Source: an uncultured Terracidiphilus sp.
Lineage (GTDB): Bacteria; Acidobacteriota; Terriglobia; Terriglobales; Acidobacteriaceae
Assembly: GCA_964520005.1 (NCBI GenBank)
Contig: CAZFMB010000008.1
Coordinates: 10,661-74,660 of the forward strand
Direction of reading: 5' to 3'
DNA: 64,000 bases
A program made the position numbers and the translations under genes. Shown piece after piece: positions 9,276-18,804 of the stretch; position 1 is the stretch's first letter; every line of letters begins with the position of its first letter. The notes beneath the pieces were generated by a model, which did not search any database, had not been told where the DNA came from, and saw nothing but the letters and a program-made list of their open reading frames with translations.

Positions 9276-9726
9276 TCAGCGGCTTCCTGCACTACAAACC
9301 GCCTTGTTATCTCCCTCGCTGCTCCGATCAACTCGGAGAATATTCTGATCTCTTCCAGAGTTTGCCTTGCCCATGCCATTCTGCCTTCGGCCGCTTTCAA
9401 CGCTTCCATGCGCGGCCCTTCGCTAAGGTAAAACATCCACTTGTTCTCTGAAGATGTTCTCAGCCTCTCTCCACGCTTGCGACTCCGTGGAAGTGGTCCG
9501 AAAAAACCAGAAAAGCCTCTTCCCGCTCTCCTGTCAATTCTCTGTAATCATGATTACTGTTTGAATGTTTTTAGCTTAACCAATCTCCTCGTAATTAACT
9601 GCAAAATTTATGGACCCTATCTTCACCTATACTTTCAACTACTTAACCCTTAATTCCCTCCTTCCGCCCTTTGACAAGAATTCCAATGAACGAAATATAT
9701 GACTCAAGAAAACCTTCCCGCCCCAA

Positions 9727-9768
9727 ATCGGACACGTAATCGGTTTGATCGGACACATAATCGGTTTG
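9727..9768. repeat. tandem 21-bp direct repeat
   Basis: ATCGGACACGTAATCGGTTTG followed by ATCGGACACATAATCGGTTTG, in the AT-rich gap between the phage-like block and iaaA. Confidence 0.85.
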
Positions 9769-9870
9769 AATGGTTCAGGATTCAGGTGAAGGGTACGGGA
9801 TTCTGCCCATACACGAGTCAGAAATTATTTACTGGGCTTTAGTCTCTGAGGGAAACAGTCTCATTACAAA

Positions 9871-11085
9871 TTGTGGTTTCCGCCACTCCCCAGCCAAATG
9901 TTCTACGATAGCCAAGTGACATCCGCCACCCATTCCCCAACTCTTCTCGTTCACGGCGGCGCATGGGCCATTCCCGCCGAAGCCGCTGCCGCTCACCTGG
10001 ACGGCATCCGCCATGCTCTCGAAACCGGCTACGCTCTTCTTTCTCGCGGAGCATCCGCCCTCGACGCCGTCGAAGCAGCCGTCACCGTCCTCGAAGACGA
10101 CCCCACCTTCGACGCCGGACGCGGCAGCTTTCTCACCTCCGACGGACGCGTCCAGCTCGATGCACTCCTCATGGACGGCGGACGCATGAAGGCCGGCGGC
10201 GTGGCCTGCGTCGAGCGCCTGCGCAATCCCATTCAAGCAGCACGCCTGGTTCTCGAAAAAAGTCAGCACGTCTACTTCGTCGGGCCCGGTGCCGAGAACT
10301 TCGCCCACTCCCACGGCATGGCCCTTATCGACAACTCCGAACTCGTCCTCGACCGCGAGCGCCAGCGCCTCGTCCATGCCAAGATCCGCGAGTCCGCCGG
10401 CCTCGGCGACGACACCTTCTCCGGCCCTGAAACCGCTCCGCACACCGTCCTCCACGACGACAAAAGCCCCGAAACCGCAGTCCCTAATGGAGAATTTCCC
10501 GGTGCCCCTGGTCCCTCGCATTTGGGGACCAGGGAATCGATGAATCTAGCGTCTTCGCCTGACCGCGCCGAAGAAGGTCTTGTGTCAGGGCAAGACTTCA
10601 GTCGTGCCGATACAAGCGCAAAAAAAATTGATGGGGCTTTAGCCCCGGAGAAAAAGCCCTTATCCCAAAAATTCGAGGACCACGACACCGTCGGCGCTGT
10701 AGCCCTCGACTCCCACGGCAACCTCGCCGCCGCCACCTCCACCGGCGGAACCCTCAACAAAACTCCCGGCCGTGTCGGCGACTCCTCCCTCATCGGTTGC
10801 GGCTGTTACGCCGACAATCTCTCCGCCGCAGTCTCTCTCACCGGCTGGGGCGAACCCATCATGAAGCTGGTCCTCGGCAAGTGGGCCACCGACCGCGTCG
10901 CCAACGGAATCGCCCCAGAAATCGCCGCCCGAGAAGCCATCGCCTATCTCTTCAACCGTCTCGGCGGACACGGCGGCATCATATTGTTAGGCCCCGACGG
11001 CCGCTTCGGACTCGCCCACAACACCCCCGCCATGGCCTGGGGCCTAGCTACAAACAAAGGACTCCAAACCGGCCTCACCGTCTAA
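9871..11085 (+). CDS. iaaA: isoaspartyl peptidase / L-asparaginase (Ntn hydrolase) with expanded inter-subunit linker
   Basis: HGGAW near the N-terminus, nucleophile motif HDTVGAVALDSHGNLAAATSTGG, and GCGCYADN. At 404 aa it is about 80 aa longer than usual, because of an insert just before the nucleophile Thr. Confidence 0.85.
   Translation: MWFPPLPSQMFYDSQVTSATHSPTLLVHGGAWAIPAEAAAAHLDGIRHALETGYALLSRGASALDAVEAAVTVLEDDPTFDAGRGSFLTSDGRVQLDALLMDGGRMKAGGVACVERLRNPIQAARLVLEKSQHVYFVGPGAENFAHSHGMALIDNSELVLDRERQRLVHAKIRESAGLGDDTFSGPETAPHTVLHDDKSPETAVPNGEFPGAPGPSHLGTRESMNLASSPDRAEEGLVSGQDFSRADTSAKKIDGALAPEKKPLSQKFEDHDTVGAVALDSHGNLAAATSTGGTLNKTPGRVGDSSLIGCGCYADNLSAAVSLTGWGEPIMKLVLGKWATDRVANGIAPEIAAREAIAYLFNRLGGHGGIILLGPDGRFGLAHNTPAMAWGLATNKGLQTGLTV
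10488..10672. repeat. REP-like multi-hairpin elements inserted in-frame in iaaA
   Basis: Hairpins: CCCTGGTCCC-N9-GGGACCAGGG (10506-10534), GGCAAGAC-TTCA-GTCGTGCC (10589-10608) and GGGGCT-TT-AGCCCC (10633-10646). The first two modules recur in maf (11946-12022). A third copy of the second module is intergenic at 26126-26160. Confidence 0.8.
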
Positions 11086-11094
11086 ACACGCATC

Positions 11095-11640
11095 ATGACT
11101 GAAAAAATGAAGAAGGGCGAAATGGAAAGCCAATCATATATCTGCTCTTGCTGTGGAAAAGAACACTCTGGATTTCCTTTCAGTTTTGCCGCTGACTTTC
11201 CTGATCCTTATGCCAACCTGACCAAAGAAGAACGGGATACAAGAGCCGTCATCGGATCGGACCAGTGCATCATCGACCAGGAGCAGTTTTTCATTAGGGG
11301 ATGCATCGAACTACCGATCCATGATTCAGACAATGTGTTTCTTTGGGGTGTTTGGGCAAGAGTTAAGGAAGAAGCCTACGATTTGATTTCCACTTATTGG
11401 GATTCCGAAGGCAGAGAAAAGACAATCGGACCATTCAAAGGGCGGCTGGCAAATTCCCTTTCTATCTACACGGAAACTATTAATATGTGTCTTGAAATTC
11501 GCATACAACCGGTTGGAAAGCGGCCGTTGTTCATTTTGGAGGAACTTGATCATCCGATGAGAATTGAACAGAGAACTGGACTGACCATACAGAAAGCAGA
11601 GGAGTATGCCTGTCTTCTGCTCCGAATGGCAAAGCTATGA
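11095..11640 (+). CDS. DUF2199-like protein
   Basis: CSCCGKEH...FPFSFAADFPDPY...EERDTRAVIGSDQCIID...FFIRGCIELPI...FLWGVWARV resembles the DUF2199 pattern. The gene is visibly AT-richer than its neighbours. Confidence 0.5.
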   Translation: MTEKMKKGEMESQSYICSCCGKEHSGFPFSFAADFPDPYANLTKEERDTRAVIGSDQCIIDQEQFFIRGCIELPIHDSDNVFLWGVWARVKEEAYDLISTYWDSEGREKTIGPFKGRLANSLSIYTETINMCLEIRIQPVGKRPLFILEELDHPMRIEQRTGLTIQKAEEYACLLLRMAKL

Positions 11641-11733
11641 CCCTTCTCTTTAGTCCTTCTCCGGCCTCGCCGTCCCGCAGGGGCCCTCGCTGTAGCGCCG
11701 GCCTCCCGGTCCACGCCTGTTTCTTATCAGTGC

Positions 11734-12438
11734 ATGATCGTTCCCTGCAATAATCTCCTTATGCTCGTCCTCGCCTCCGCCTCGCCCCGCCGCCGCGAAC
11801 TCCTCACCCAAGCCGGCTACACCTTCGAGGTCCGTCCCGCCCACATCCCCGAGGACCCCCTCCCCAACGAAGACCCCGTCGCCTACGTCACCCGCCTCGC
11901 CCGCGAAAAAGCCGAAGCCGTCTACAACGAACTGGCCTTGAAAGAGCACGACTTCAGTCGTGCCGATACGATTGAAAAAAATATTCTGGGTGCCCCTGGT
12001 CCCTCGCATTTGGGGACCGGGGATTCATCGAACCTAACTCTCTCATCAACCACACCCCTCACCATCCTCGCCGCCGACACCACCGTAACCCTGGACAATC
12101 AAATCCTCGGCAAGCCTTCCGACCCCGCCGACGCCGCCCGAATGTTGCGTCTCCTCTCCGGCCGCACTCACCAGGTCATCACCGGCATCGCCCTCATCAC
12201 CGCAACCTCCACCCAGGTCGCCGCCGAAACCACCGCCGTCACCTTCCTCCCCCTCACCGAAGACGCCATCGCTGCCTACATCGCCACCGTCGAGCCCATG
12301 GACAAAGCCGGAGCTTACGCTATCCAGGGCCGCGCCGCCCGCTGGATTCCCCGCATCGAAGGCGACTACTTCAACGTCGTCGGCCTACCCATCGCCCTCG
12401 TCTCCTCCCTCCTCGAATCCCACCAGTTAACCCGCTAA
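11734..12438 (+). CDS. maf: Maf-like nucleoside triphosphate pyrophosphatase (likely start 11761)
   Basis: MLVLASASPRRRELLTQAGYTFEV, ILAADTTV..D..ILGKP and KAGAYAIQG motifs. It contains an in-frame REP insert. Confidence 0.85.
   Translation: MIVPCNNLLMLVLASASPRRRELLTQAGYTFEVRPAHIPEDPLPNEDPVAYVTRLAREKAEAVYNELALKEHDFSRADTIEKNILGAPGPSHLGTGDSSNLTLSSTTPLTILAADTTVTLDNQILGKPSDPADAARMLRLLSGRTHQVITGIALITATSTQVAAETTAVTFLPLTEDAIAAYIATVEPMDKAGAYAIQGRAARWIPRIEGDYFNVVGLPIALVSSLLESHQLTR
11940..12050. repeat. REP-like hairpin elements inserted in-frame in maf
   Basis: GCACGAC-TTCA-GTCGTGC (11946-11963) and CCCCTGGTCCC-N9-GGGACCGGGG (11993-12022). About 60 bp and 45 bp are shared with the iaaA insert. Confidence 0.8.
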
Positions 12439-12573
12439 CTCGCTGGCGCGCAAGCGCCGTATGCCTGGACGGCCAGTCCCCTCGACTCCCCCCTCTGCCT
12501 CATGTAAAATTCTCGCAATCAATTTTCACCATTCGCGACAGTTCTCTAATTTCTGCACGCAAAGGATCGTCTC

Positions 12574-14625
12574 ATGCGGATTTCTGTTCTTCTGCGCTAT
12601 CTGCCCCTGCTTTTCGCCTTCACATCACCGGCACTTCTGCTCGCCCAGTTCCAGCAGCCCACCGATGAGGAACTCAAGATGACCGCCGACCCCAAGGCCC
12701 CCGGAGCCGCCGCCGTCTACCTCAACGTCGAGGAAGTTACTAACGACGTGCTCTCCTATCAGACTTTTTACGCACGCATCAAGGTGCTAACCGAGAAGGG
12801 CAAGGAGTTGGCCACCGTCGATGTTCCCCCCTACCTGCGCAGCACATCCAAAATCGTCGACATCAAGGGCCGCACTATCCACTCCGACGGCACCGTCATA
12901 CCTCTTACCGGAAAGCCTGAAGACCTGCTGGTCGCCAAAGTAAAAAACAATCAAGGCGAGCAGGTGCAGGTCAACCGCAAGGTCTTCACCCTGCCCAGTG
13001 TCGAAGTCGGCAGCATCCTCGAATACTCCTATCAGATCCACAATGACGATAATATTGTTTCTTCTCCGCGTTGGGAGATTCAACGCCCTTACTTCGTCCA
13101 CAAGGCCCATTACCTCTTCACGCCAGCCAAGCAATTCCTGCCCGGCATCCTGAATCAGACCAGTTCAACTGTGATGGATGAGCGGGGACGCGTGGCCAAC
13201 ACTCTCATCTGGTGGCCCAAACTTCCCGAAGGCGTGACCGTGAAATCCGATGTCGCTGGTCATTACACCATCGATGTCACCGACATTCCCCCCACTCCCG
13301 ACGAAGAATGGATGCCGCCCATCGAGAGCATTCGTTATAAAGTCTTCTTCTATTACAAAGCCGCCAGTAGCGCTCAAGAGTTCTGGATCAACGACGCCAA
13401 GCTCTGGTCCAAGGATGTGGATCACTTCGCCGAACCCTCCAAAGCCATTAAGGAGGCGGTCGCCGGCATCATCTCCCCCGCCGACAGCGATCTCGACAAG
13501 GCAAAAAAGCTCTATAAAGCCGTCCAGGCACTCGATAACACCGACTATTCCCGCAAGAAAACTGAATCCGAGATGAAGCAGCTCCACTTGAAGGTCGCCA
13601 AGCATGCCGATGATACCTGGAAGCAGAAGAGCGGCGACAGCGAAGACATCGCACTGCTCTATCTCGCCATGCTGCGCGCCGCCGGCCTCACCGCCTATGC
13701 CACCAAGGTCGTCGACCGTGAGCAGGGCAATTTCGATATCTCCTATTTATCCTTGTCCCAGCTTGACGACACTCTCGTCGTTCTCTCTTCCGGCGGCAAG
13801 GATATCGATCTCGACCCCGGCGAAAAAATGTGCCCCTTCCAGACTCTCAGCTGGAAGCACTCCAGCGCTGGCGGCCTTACGCAATCCCCTAAAGGTGTCG
13901 GGGCCGTTACTACCGCCTCCCAGCCCTATTCCGAGAACAAAACCCTGCGCATCGGCGACATCACCCTCGATGCCCAGGGTGCTCTTACCGGCAGCTTTCG
14001 CTTTGTAATGAATGGCCAGGCTGCCCTCTACTGGAGGCAAAAAGCCTTCACCAACGACGAAGCTGAAGTCAAAAAGCAGTTCGACAAATCCCTCGAGTCC
14101 CGCTTCCCAGATGGCGTCGAAGCCCACATCGATCACTTCATCGGGCTCGACGATCCCGATGCCAACCTCCTCGCCGTCGTCAACGCAAAAGGCTCCATCG
14201 GCGCCGCTACTTCCAAACGCCTCATGCTCCCCGCCTTCTTCTTCGAGACCCGCGGCAACCAACCCTTTGTCGCTCAGGAAAAACGCACTCAGCCCGTCGA
14301 TATGCGCTATGGCGATCTCGTCACCGACCAGGTCACATATCACCTGCCAGACGGTTTCACCGTTGAAGGCGCGCCTCAGGACAACAAGATTTCCTGGCCG
14401 CAGCACGCACTCCTGACCGTAAAATCCGTCTCTGCCCCCGGCCAGATCACCATCGCCCGCTCCCTGGCCAGTGCCTTCACCTTCGCCAAGCCCGAGGAGT
14501 ACAACGACCTCCGTGGCTTCTACCAAAAAGTCGCCGCCGCCGACCAGGCTCAACTCGTCCTCACCAAATCACCTGGTGCGACATCTATCGCGCCGCCCGC
14601 GCAACCCGCGCCGAAAGGAAACTGA
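12574..14625 (+). CDS. DUF3857 / transglutaminase-like / DUF3858 protein, paralog 1 (catalytic Cys and His absent)
   Basis: Signal peptide MRISVLLRYLPLLFAFTSPALLLAQ. The transglutaminase-core position reads SGDSEDIALLYLAMLRAAGL (Ser in place of Cys). Paralogous to the four following genes. Confidence 0.7.
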   Translation: MRISVLLRYLPLLFAFTSPALLLAQFQQPTDEELKMTADPKAPGAAAVYLNVEEVTNDVLSYQTFYARIKVLTEKGKELATVDVPPYLRSTSKIVDIKGRTIHSDGTVIPLTGKPEDLLVAKVKNNQGEQVQVNRKVFTLPSVEVGSILEYSYQIHNDDNIVSSPRWEIQRPYFVHKAHYLFTPAKQFLPGILNQTSSTVMDERGRVANTLIWWPKLPEGVTVKSDVAGHYTIDVTDIPPTPDEEWMPPIESIRYKVFFYYKAASSAQEFWINDAKLWSKDVDHFAEPSKAIKEAVAGIISPADSDLDKAKKLYKAVQALDNTDYSRKKTESEMKQLHLKVAKHADDTWKQKSGDSEDIALLYLAMLRAAGLTAYATKVVDREQGNFDISYLSLSQLDDTLVVLSSGGKDIDLDPGEKMCPFQTLSWKHSSAGGLTQSPKGVGAVTTASQPYSENKTLRIGDITLDAQGALTGSFRFVMNGQAALYWRQKAFTNDEAEVKKQFDKSLESRFPDGVEAHIDHFIGLDDPDANLLAVVNAKGSIGAATSKRLMLPAFFFETRGNQPFVAQEKRTQPVDMRYGDLVTDQVTYHLPDGFTVEGAPQDNKISWPQHALLTVKSVSAPGQITIARSLASAFTFAKPEEYNDLRGFYQKVAAADQAQLVLTKSPGATSIAPPAQPAPKGN

Positions 14626-14688
14626 TTCGACCGCTTCTTAATTATCGTGCGTTCCGTATTCTGTTGCATTGCAAGAAAGGACGAGTTC

Positions 14689-16638
14689 ATGCGAGTTTTC
14701 GCCTTCATGCGCAGTCTGCCTTTACTCCTAGTCCTGGCATCGCCAGCCCTGCTCCGTGCCCAGTTCCAGCAGCCCACCGACGAAGAACTCAAGATGACCG
14801 CCGACCCCAAAGCCCCCGGAGCTGCCGCCGTCTACCTCTACCGCGAAGACATCACCGATGACTTTGCTCACCTCCATAGCTTCTACGAGCGTATCAAGGT
14901 GCTCACTGAGAAAGGCAAGGAGCTCGCCACTGTCAACATCCCCTACGTCCCCGGCGCCGACAGGGTCACAAAGATTGAAGGCCGTACCATCCATGCCGAC
15001 GGAACCGTCATTCCTTTGACCGTCAAACCCGACGACCTCGTGGATTTCAAGACCAAGAACCTCCAGGAAAATTCCGTGGTCTTTACCCTGCCCGACGTCG
15101 ATGTTGGCAGCATTCTGGAGTACCGCTATAGCTATAGCGGAAGTACCTTCGCCCCCACTTGGTGGGTTCAGCAGCCCTATTTCGTTCGCAAGGCACACTA
15201 CTCCTTCCATCCCGATTTAAGCGGGACGTTCGGCCTGATGACCGCAACTCGAATCGATTCCGGTGAAAAAGTGGTCAAGGATAAACATGGCATCCTCACG
15301 CTGGATATGGCCAATGTCCTTCCCCAGCCCAAAGAAGACTGGATGCCGCCCATGAACACCATTCGATGGCGCGTCGAGTTTTACTACTCGAGCATCGATA
15401 CCGCCAAGGAGTTCTGGGACAATGCAGAGAAATCTTGGGCCAATTGGGTACGGGACTTCACAAATCCATCCGGCCATCTCAAGACTATTGTTGCTGGCAT
15501 CGTCGCCCCCGGCGACACTGACGAGCAGAAAGCCGCCAAAATTTACGCCGCCGTCCAAAAGCTCGAGAACACCCGCTTCACCCGTACTAAATCTGAAGCC
15601 GAACGCAAAAAGGAAAAGCTGAAGGATATTAATAACGCGGGCGATGTCTGGAAGCAGCAGCGCGGCACCGACGACGAGATTGCGCTGCTCTATGTGGCTC
15701 TCGCCCGCGCCGCCGGCCTCAATGTAGTTCCCATGAAAGTGGTCGATCGCAGCCGCGCCTTCTTCGATAACACTCTTCTTTCTTCCGGGCAGTTAGACGA
15801 CTATATTGTGGTTGTCGTATTAGGCGGCAAAGATGTTTACCTCGACCCCGGTCAGAAGATGTGCCCCTTTGGCTTGTTGCACTGGAAGCATACTGTCGCC
15901 ACCGGCTTCCGCCTCTCCGAGAAAACTGCGGTGATTGCCACCACTCCCGCCGGCCTGCACAAGGATTCAATCGTGCAGCGTATCGCCAATCTAGGCATCG
16001 ACGAGACGGGCAGCTTGCAGGGAGCCGTCCGTTACATAATGTCCGGACAAGACGCGCTCCATTGGAGGCAACTGGCGCTGGAAAACGATGAGGAAGAAGT
16101 TAAGAAGCAGTTCATCGAATCCGTTCAGAACGAATTCCCCGAAGGCGTGCAGACCGACTTCGATCATTTCCAGGGCCTCGATGACTTCAGCAATAACCTC
16201 AGCAGCTATCTCCGCATCAGCGGCAATCTGGGCTCGGTCATCGGCAAGCACATTCTCCTTCCCGGCCTCTTCTTTGAATCACGCGCTGCGCATCCTTTCG
16301 TCGCTGAGGACAAGCGCATCTCCCCCATCGATCTTCACTACGCAAGAATGGAACAGGACAATGTCTCGCTTCACCTGCCCTCCGGTTATACCGTCGAAAG
16401 TACCCCGCAATCCCCGGACATTACCTGGTCAAATCACGCTTTGCTGCGGATTAAATCCACTGTGAAGGACGGCTCGGTCGAAGTAGTGCGCGTTTTCGCC
16501 CGTAGCTTTTGTCTGCTCGATCCCAAGGATTACGGCGACCTCCGCGGCTTCTACCAGAAAGTCGCCACTGCCGACCAACAACAAATTGTCCTCACCAAAT
16601 CACCTGCCGCGACATCTACCGCGCCGAAAGGAAACTGA
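14689..16638 (+). CDS. DUF3857 / transglutaminase-like protein, paralog 2 (Cys and His absent)
   Basis: The homologous start MRVFAFMRSLPLL at 14689 has AAGGACGAG upstream; the listed 14647 start is a GTG extension. Core reads RGTDDEIALLYVALARAAGL. Confidence 0.7.
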   Translation: MRVFAFMRSLPLLLVLASPALLRAQFQQPTDEELKMTADPKAPGAAAVYLYREDITDDFAHLHSFYERIKVLTEKGKELATVNIPYVPGADRVTKIEGRTIHADGTVIPLTVKPDDLVDFKTKNLQENSVVFTLPDVDVGSILEYRYSYSGSTFAPTWWVQQPYFVRKAHYSFHPDLSGTFGLMTATRIDSGEKVVKDKHGILTLDMANVLPQPKEDWMPPMNTIRWRVEFYYSSIDTAKEFWDNAEKSWANWVRDFTNPSGHLKTIVAGIVAPGDTDEQKAAKIYAAVQKLENTRFTRTKSEAERKKEKLKDINNAGDVWKQQRGTDDEIALLYVALARAAGLNVVPMKVVDRSRAFFDNTLLSSGQLDDYIVVVVLGGKDVYLDPGQKMCPFGLLHWKHTVATGFRLSEKTAVIATTPAGLHKDSIVQRIANLGIDETGSLQGAVRYIMSGQDALHWRQLALENDEEEVKKQFIESVQNEFPEGVQTDFDHFQGLDDFSNNLSSYLRISGNLGSVIGKHILLPGLFFESRAAHPFVAEDKRISPIDLHYARMEQDNVSLHLPSGYTVESTPQSPDITWSNHALLRIKSTVKDGSVEVVRVFARSFCLLDPKDYGDLRGFYQKVATADQQQIVLTKSPAATSTAPKGN

Positions 16639-16688
16639 TGATCGCCGCGCACCTAGTTCTTTCTAAATTGGACCGGAATAGCCGGGTA

Positions 16689-16725
16689 CCCCGCCACCGG
16701 CACGTTCTTTGTGCCCAAGGCGGGG
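16689..16725. repeat. CCCC...GTTCTTT...GGGG REP-type hairpin
   Basis: CCCCGCCACCGGCAC-GTTCTTT-GTGCCCAAGGCGGGG, downstream of paralog 2. Confidence 0.75.
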
Positions 16726-16863
16726 CGCCTGCAACTACAGCCTTTAATAGTTTGGAAACACGCCAGCCCCCTCGACGCCGCTCTCGTGACGTTGTAAAAT
16801 CCTTGCAATCATTTCCAGCGTCTCGTTATAGGTCTCAAATTTTCTGAAAGCATAGGAAGTCTC

Positions 16864-18804
16864 ATGCGGATTTCTGTTTTCATGCGCCATTTGCCCCTGC
16901 TTCTCGCCCTCGCATCTCCGGCCCTCCTGCTCGCCCAGTTTCAGCAGCCCACCGACGAAGAACTCAAGATGACCGCCGACCCCAAAGCCCCCGGAGCCGC
17001 CGCCGTCTACCTATACCGCGAAGAAAACACCGATCACAGCGGTTCCAGTGGTGGTACTCAACGCTTCTATGAGCGCATCAAAGTGCTCACCGAAAAGGGC
17101 AAAGAGCAGGCCACAATTCGCATTTCTTATAATCCTGATAAAAGTAATGTCACGGATATCCAAGGCCGCACCATTCACCCTGATGGAACCGTCATTCCTT
17201 TTACAGGCAAACCCTCCAATATGGTGGGCCTCAAGACTAAGGGTTACCAGATCAACTACATGGTCTTCACCCTGCCCAACGTCGAGGTCGGTAGCATCCT
17301 GGAATACCGCTATATCTATTCCGGTGAGATTCCCGTGCCCATATGGTGGATTCAACAGCAATTATTTGTCCACAAAGAGCACTACTCATACATTCCCAGC
17401 AATATTAGCAACCAGTTATATGAGACTTATATTCACTCCGATGCCAAGGTGATTTGTTGCAAAAACAACACTTATACGCTAGACATTACCGACGTCCCGC
17501 CCCTTCCCGATGAGGATTGGATGCCGCCGTTAAATACTTTCAAGTGGCGAGTAGAGTTCTTTTACACCACGTACAGCTCCGCCAATGAATACTGGGACAA
17601 CACGGGTAAAAATTGGGCTAAGATTGTGCGCAACTTCACCGATCCAACGAAAGGGCTCAAGAAAGCCGTAGACGGGATTATCGCTCCCACCGACACCGAT
17701 CAACAAAAAGCCGCTAAAATTTATGCCGCCGTACAAAAGCTCGACAACACCGTCTTTAGCCGGGTAAAATCTCAGGCCGAGCGTCATCAAGAAAAGCTTA
17801 AAAACATTCATAATGCAGAGGATGTCTGGAATCAGCAGAGCGGTACGGATGATGAGATCACGCTGCTCTACGTGGCTCTCGCCCGCGCTGCAGGACTCAA
17901 GGCCTGGCCCATGCAGGTGGTTGACCGTAGTCGCGCCGTCTTCGATCATTCCTACCTGTCCACCAGGCAGTTCGACGATTTCCTTGCCATCATCGTGATT
18001 GATGGCAAAGAGGTATATCTTGACCCCGGACAAAAAATGTGCCCCTTTGGCAGTCTGCATTGGAAACACACTCTCGCGTCAGGCTTCCGACTTTCGGACA
18101 AGGGCGCGGTTATCGATAGTACCCCCGACAGCAACTATAAAGATTCGGTGGTTCAAAAGATCGCGGATATTACCATCAGCGAAGATGGAGGCGTGAACGG
18201 TACGGCGCGTGTTGTTCTGTCGGGCCCGGAGGCGCTCTACTGGCGGCAATTGGCCCTTCAGAACGACGAGGATGAAGTTAAAAAGCAGTTCATCGAGTCG
18301 TTGCGTAACTCCCTTCCTGACGGTGTACAGGCTGATATCGACCACTTTGTCGCGCTAGACGACAGCAGCACCAATCTGATCGGAGTAATTAAGCTCAGCG
18401 GCAATATCGGCGCCGCTTCCAGCAAGCGTCTAATCTTTCCCGCCTTCTTCTTTGAATCCCGCGCCAAACATCCCTTCATTGCACAGAACAAGCGTATTAC
18501 CTCTATTGATCTTCACTACGCAAAGATAGAGCAGGATGATGTCACCTTTCACATGCCCTCCGGCTACACCATCGAGAGCGCACCCGATTCTTCCGAAGCT
18601 ACTTGGCCCGATCACGCTTCGCTGCGGATTTTCATCACCGCAAAGGAGGATTCGTTCGAAGTGGAGCGCATACTTACACCCAGCTTTCATTTGCTCAATC
18701 CCGTCGAATACGACTACCTCCACGACTTCTATTTGAAGCTGGCCGCCTCCGACCAGCAGCAACTCGTTTTCACGCGCCCTTCTGCCGCCAAAGGAACCCA
18801 ATGA
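16864..18804 (+). CDS. DUF3857 / transglutaminase-like protein, paralog 3 (Cys and His absent)
   Basis: Same N-terminal 50 aa as paralogs 1, 2 and 5. Core reads SGTDDEITLLYVALARAAGL. Its stop overlaps the next gene's start (ATGA at 18801-18804). Confidence 0.7.
   Translation: MRISVFMRHLPLLLALASPALLLAQFQQPTDEELKMTADPKAPGAAAVYLYREENTDHSGSSGGTQRFYERIKVLTEKGKEQATIRISYNPDKSNVTDIQGRTIHPDGTVIPFTGKPSNMVGLKTKGYQINYMVFTLPNVEVGSILEYRYIYSGEIPVPIWWIQQQLFVHKEHYSYIPSNISNQLYETYIHSDAKVICCKNNTYTLDITDVPPLPDEDWMPPLNTFKWRVEFFYTTYSSANEYWDNTGKNWAKIVRNFTDPTKGLKKAVDGIIAPTDTDQQKAAKIYAAVQKLDNTVFSRVKSQAERHQEKLKNIHNAEDVWNQQSGTDDEITLLYVALARAAGLKAWPMQVVDRSRAVFDHSYLSTRQFDDFLAIIVIDGKEVYLDPGQKMCPFGSLHWKHTLASGFRLSDKGAVIDSTPDSNYKDSVVQKIADITISEDGGVNGTARVVLSGPEALYWRQLALQNDEDEVKKQFIESLRNSLPDGVQADIDHFVALDDSSTNLIGVIKLSGNIGAASSKRLIFPAFFFESRAKHPFIAQNKRITSIDLHYAKIEQDDVTFHMPSGYTIESAPDSSEATWPDHASLRIFITAKEDSFEVERILTPSFHLLNPVEYDYLHDFYLKLAASDQQQLVFTRPSAAKGTQ

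Noticed and set aside
18603-18800. N-terminal extensions of listed ORFs (18603 for paralog 4, 14647 for paralog 2, 43839 for folC, 23050 for merR, 34859 for the pentapeptide gene, 62138 for rsfS, 25382 for DUF1761)
   Set aside because: Each extension overlaps the preceding gene or intergenic repeats and lacks similarity to paralogs or orthologs as recalled. An internal Met with an RBS or an ATGA/GTGA coupling gives the expected protein start.
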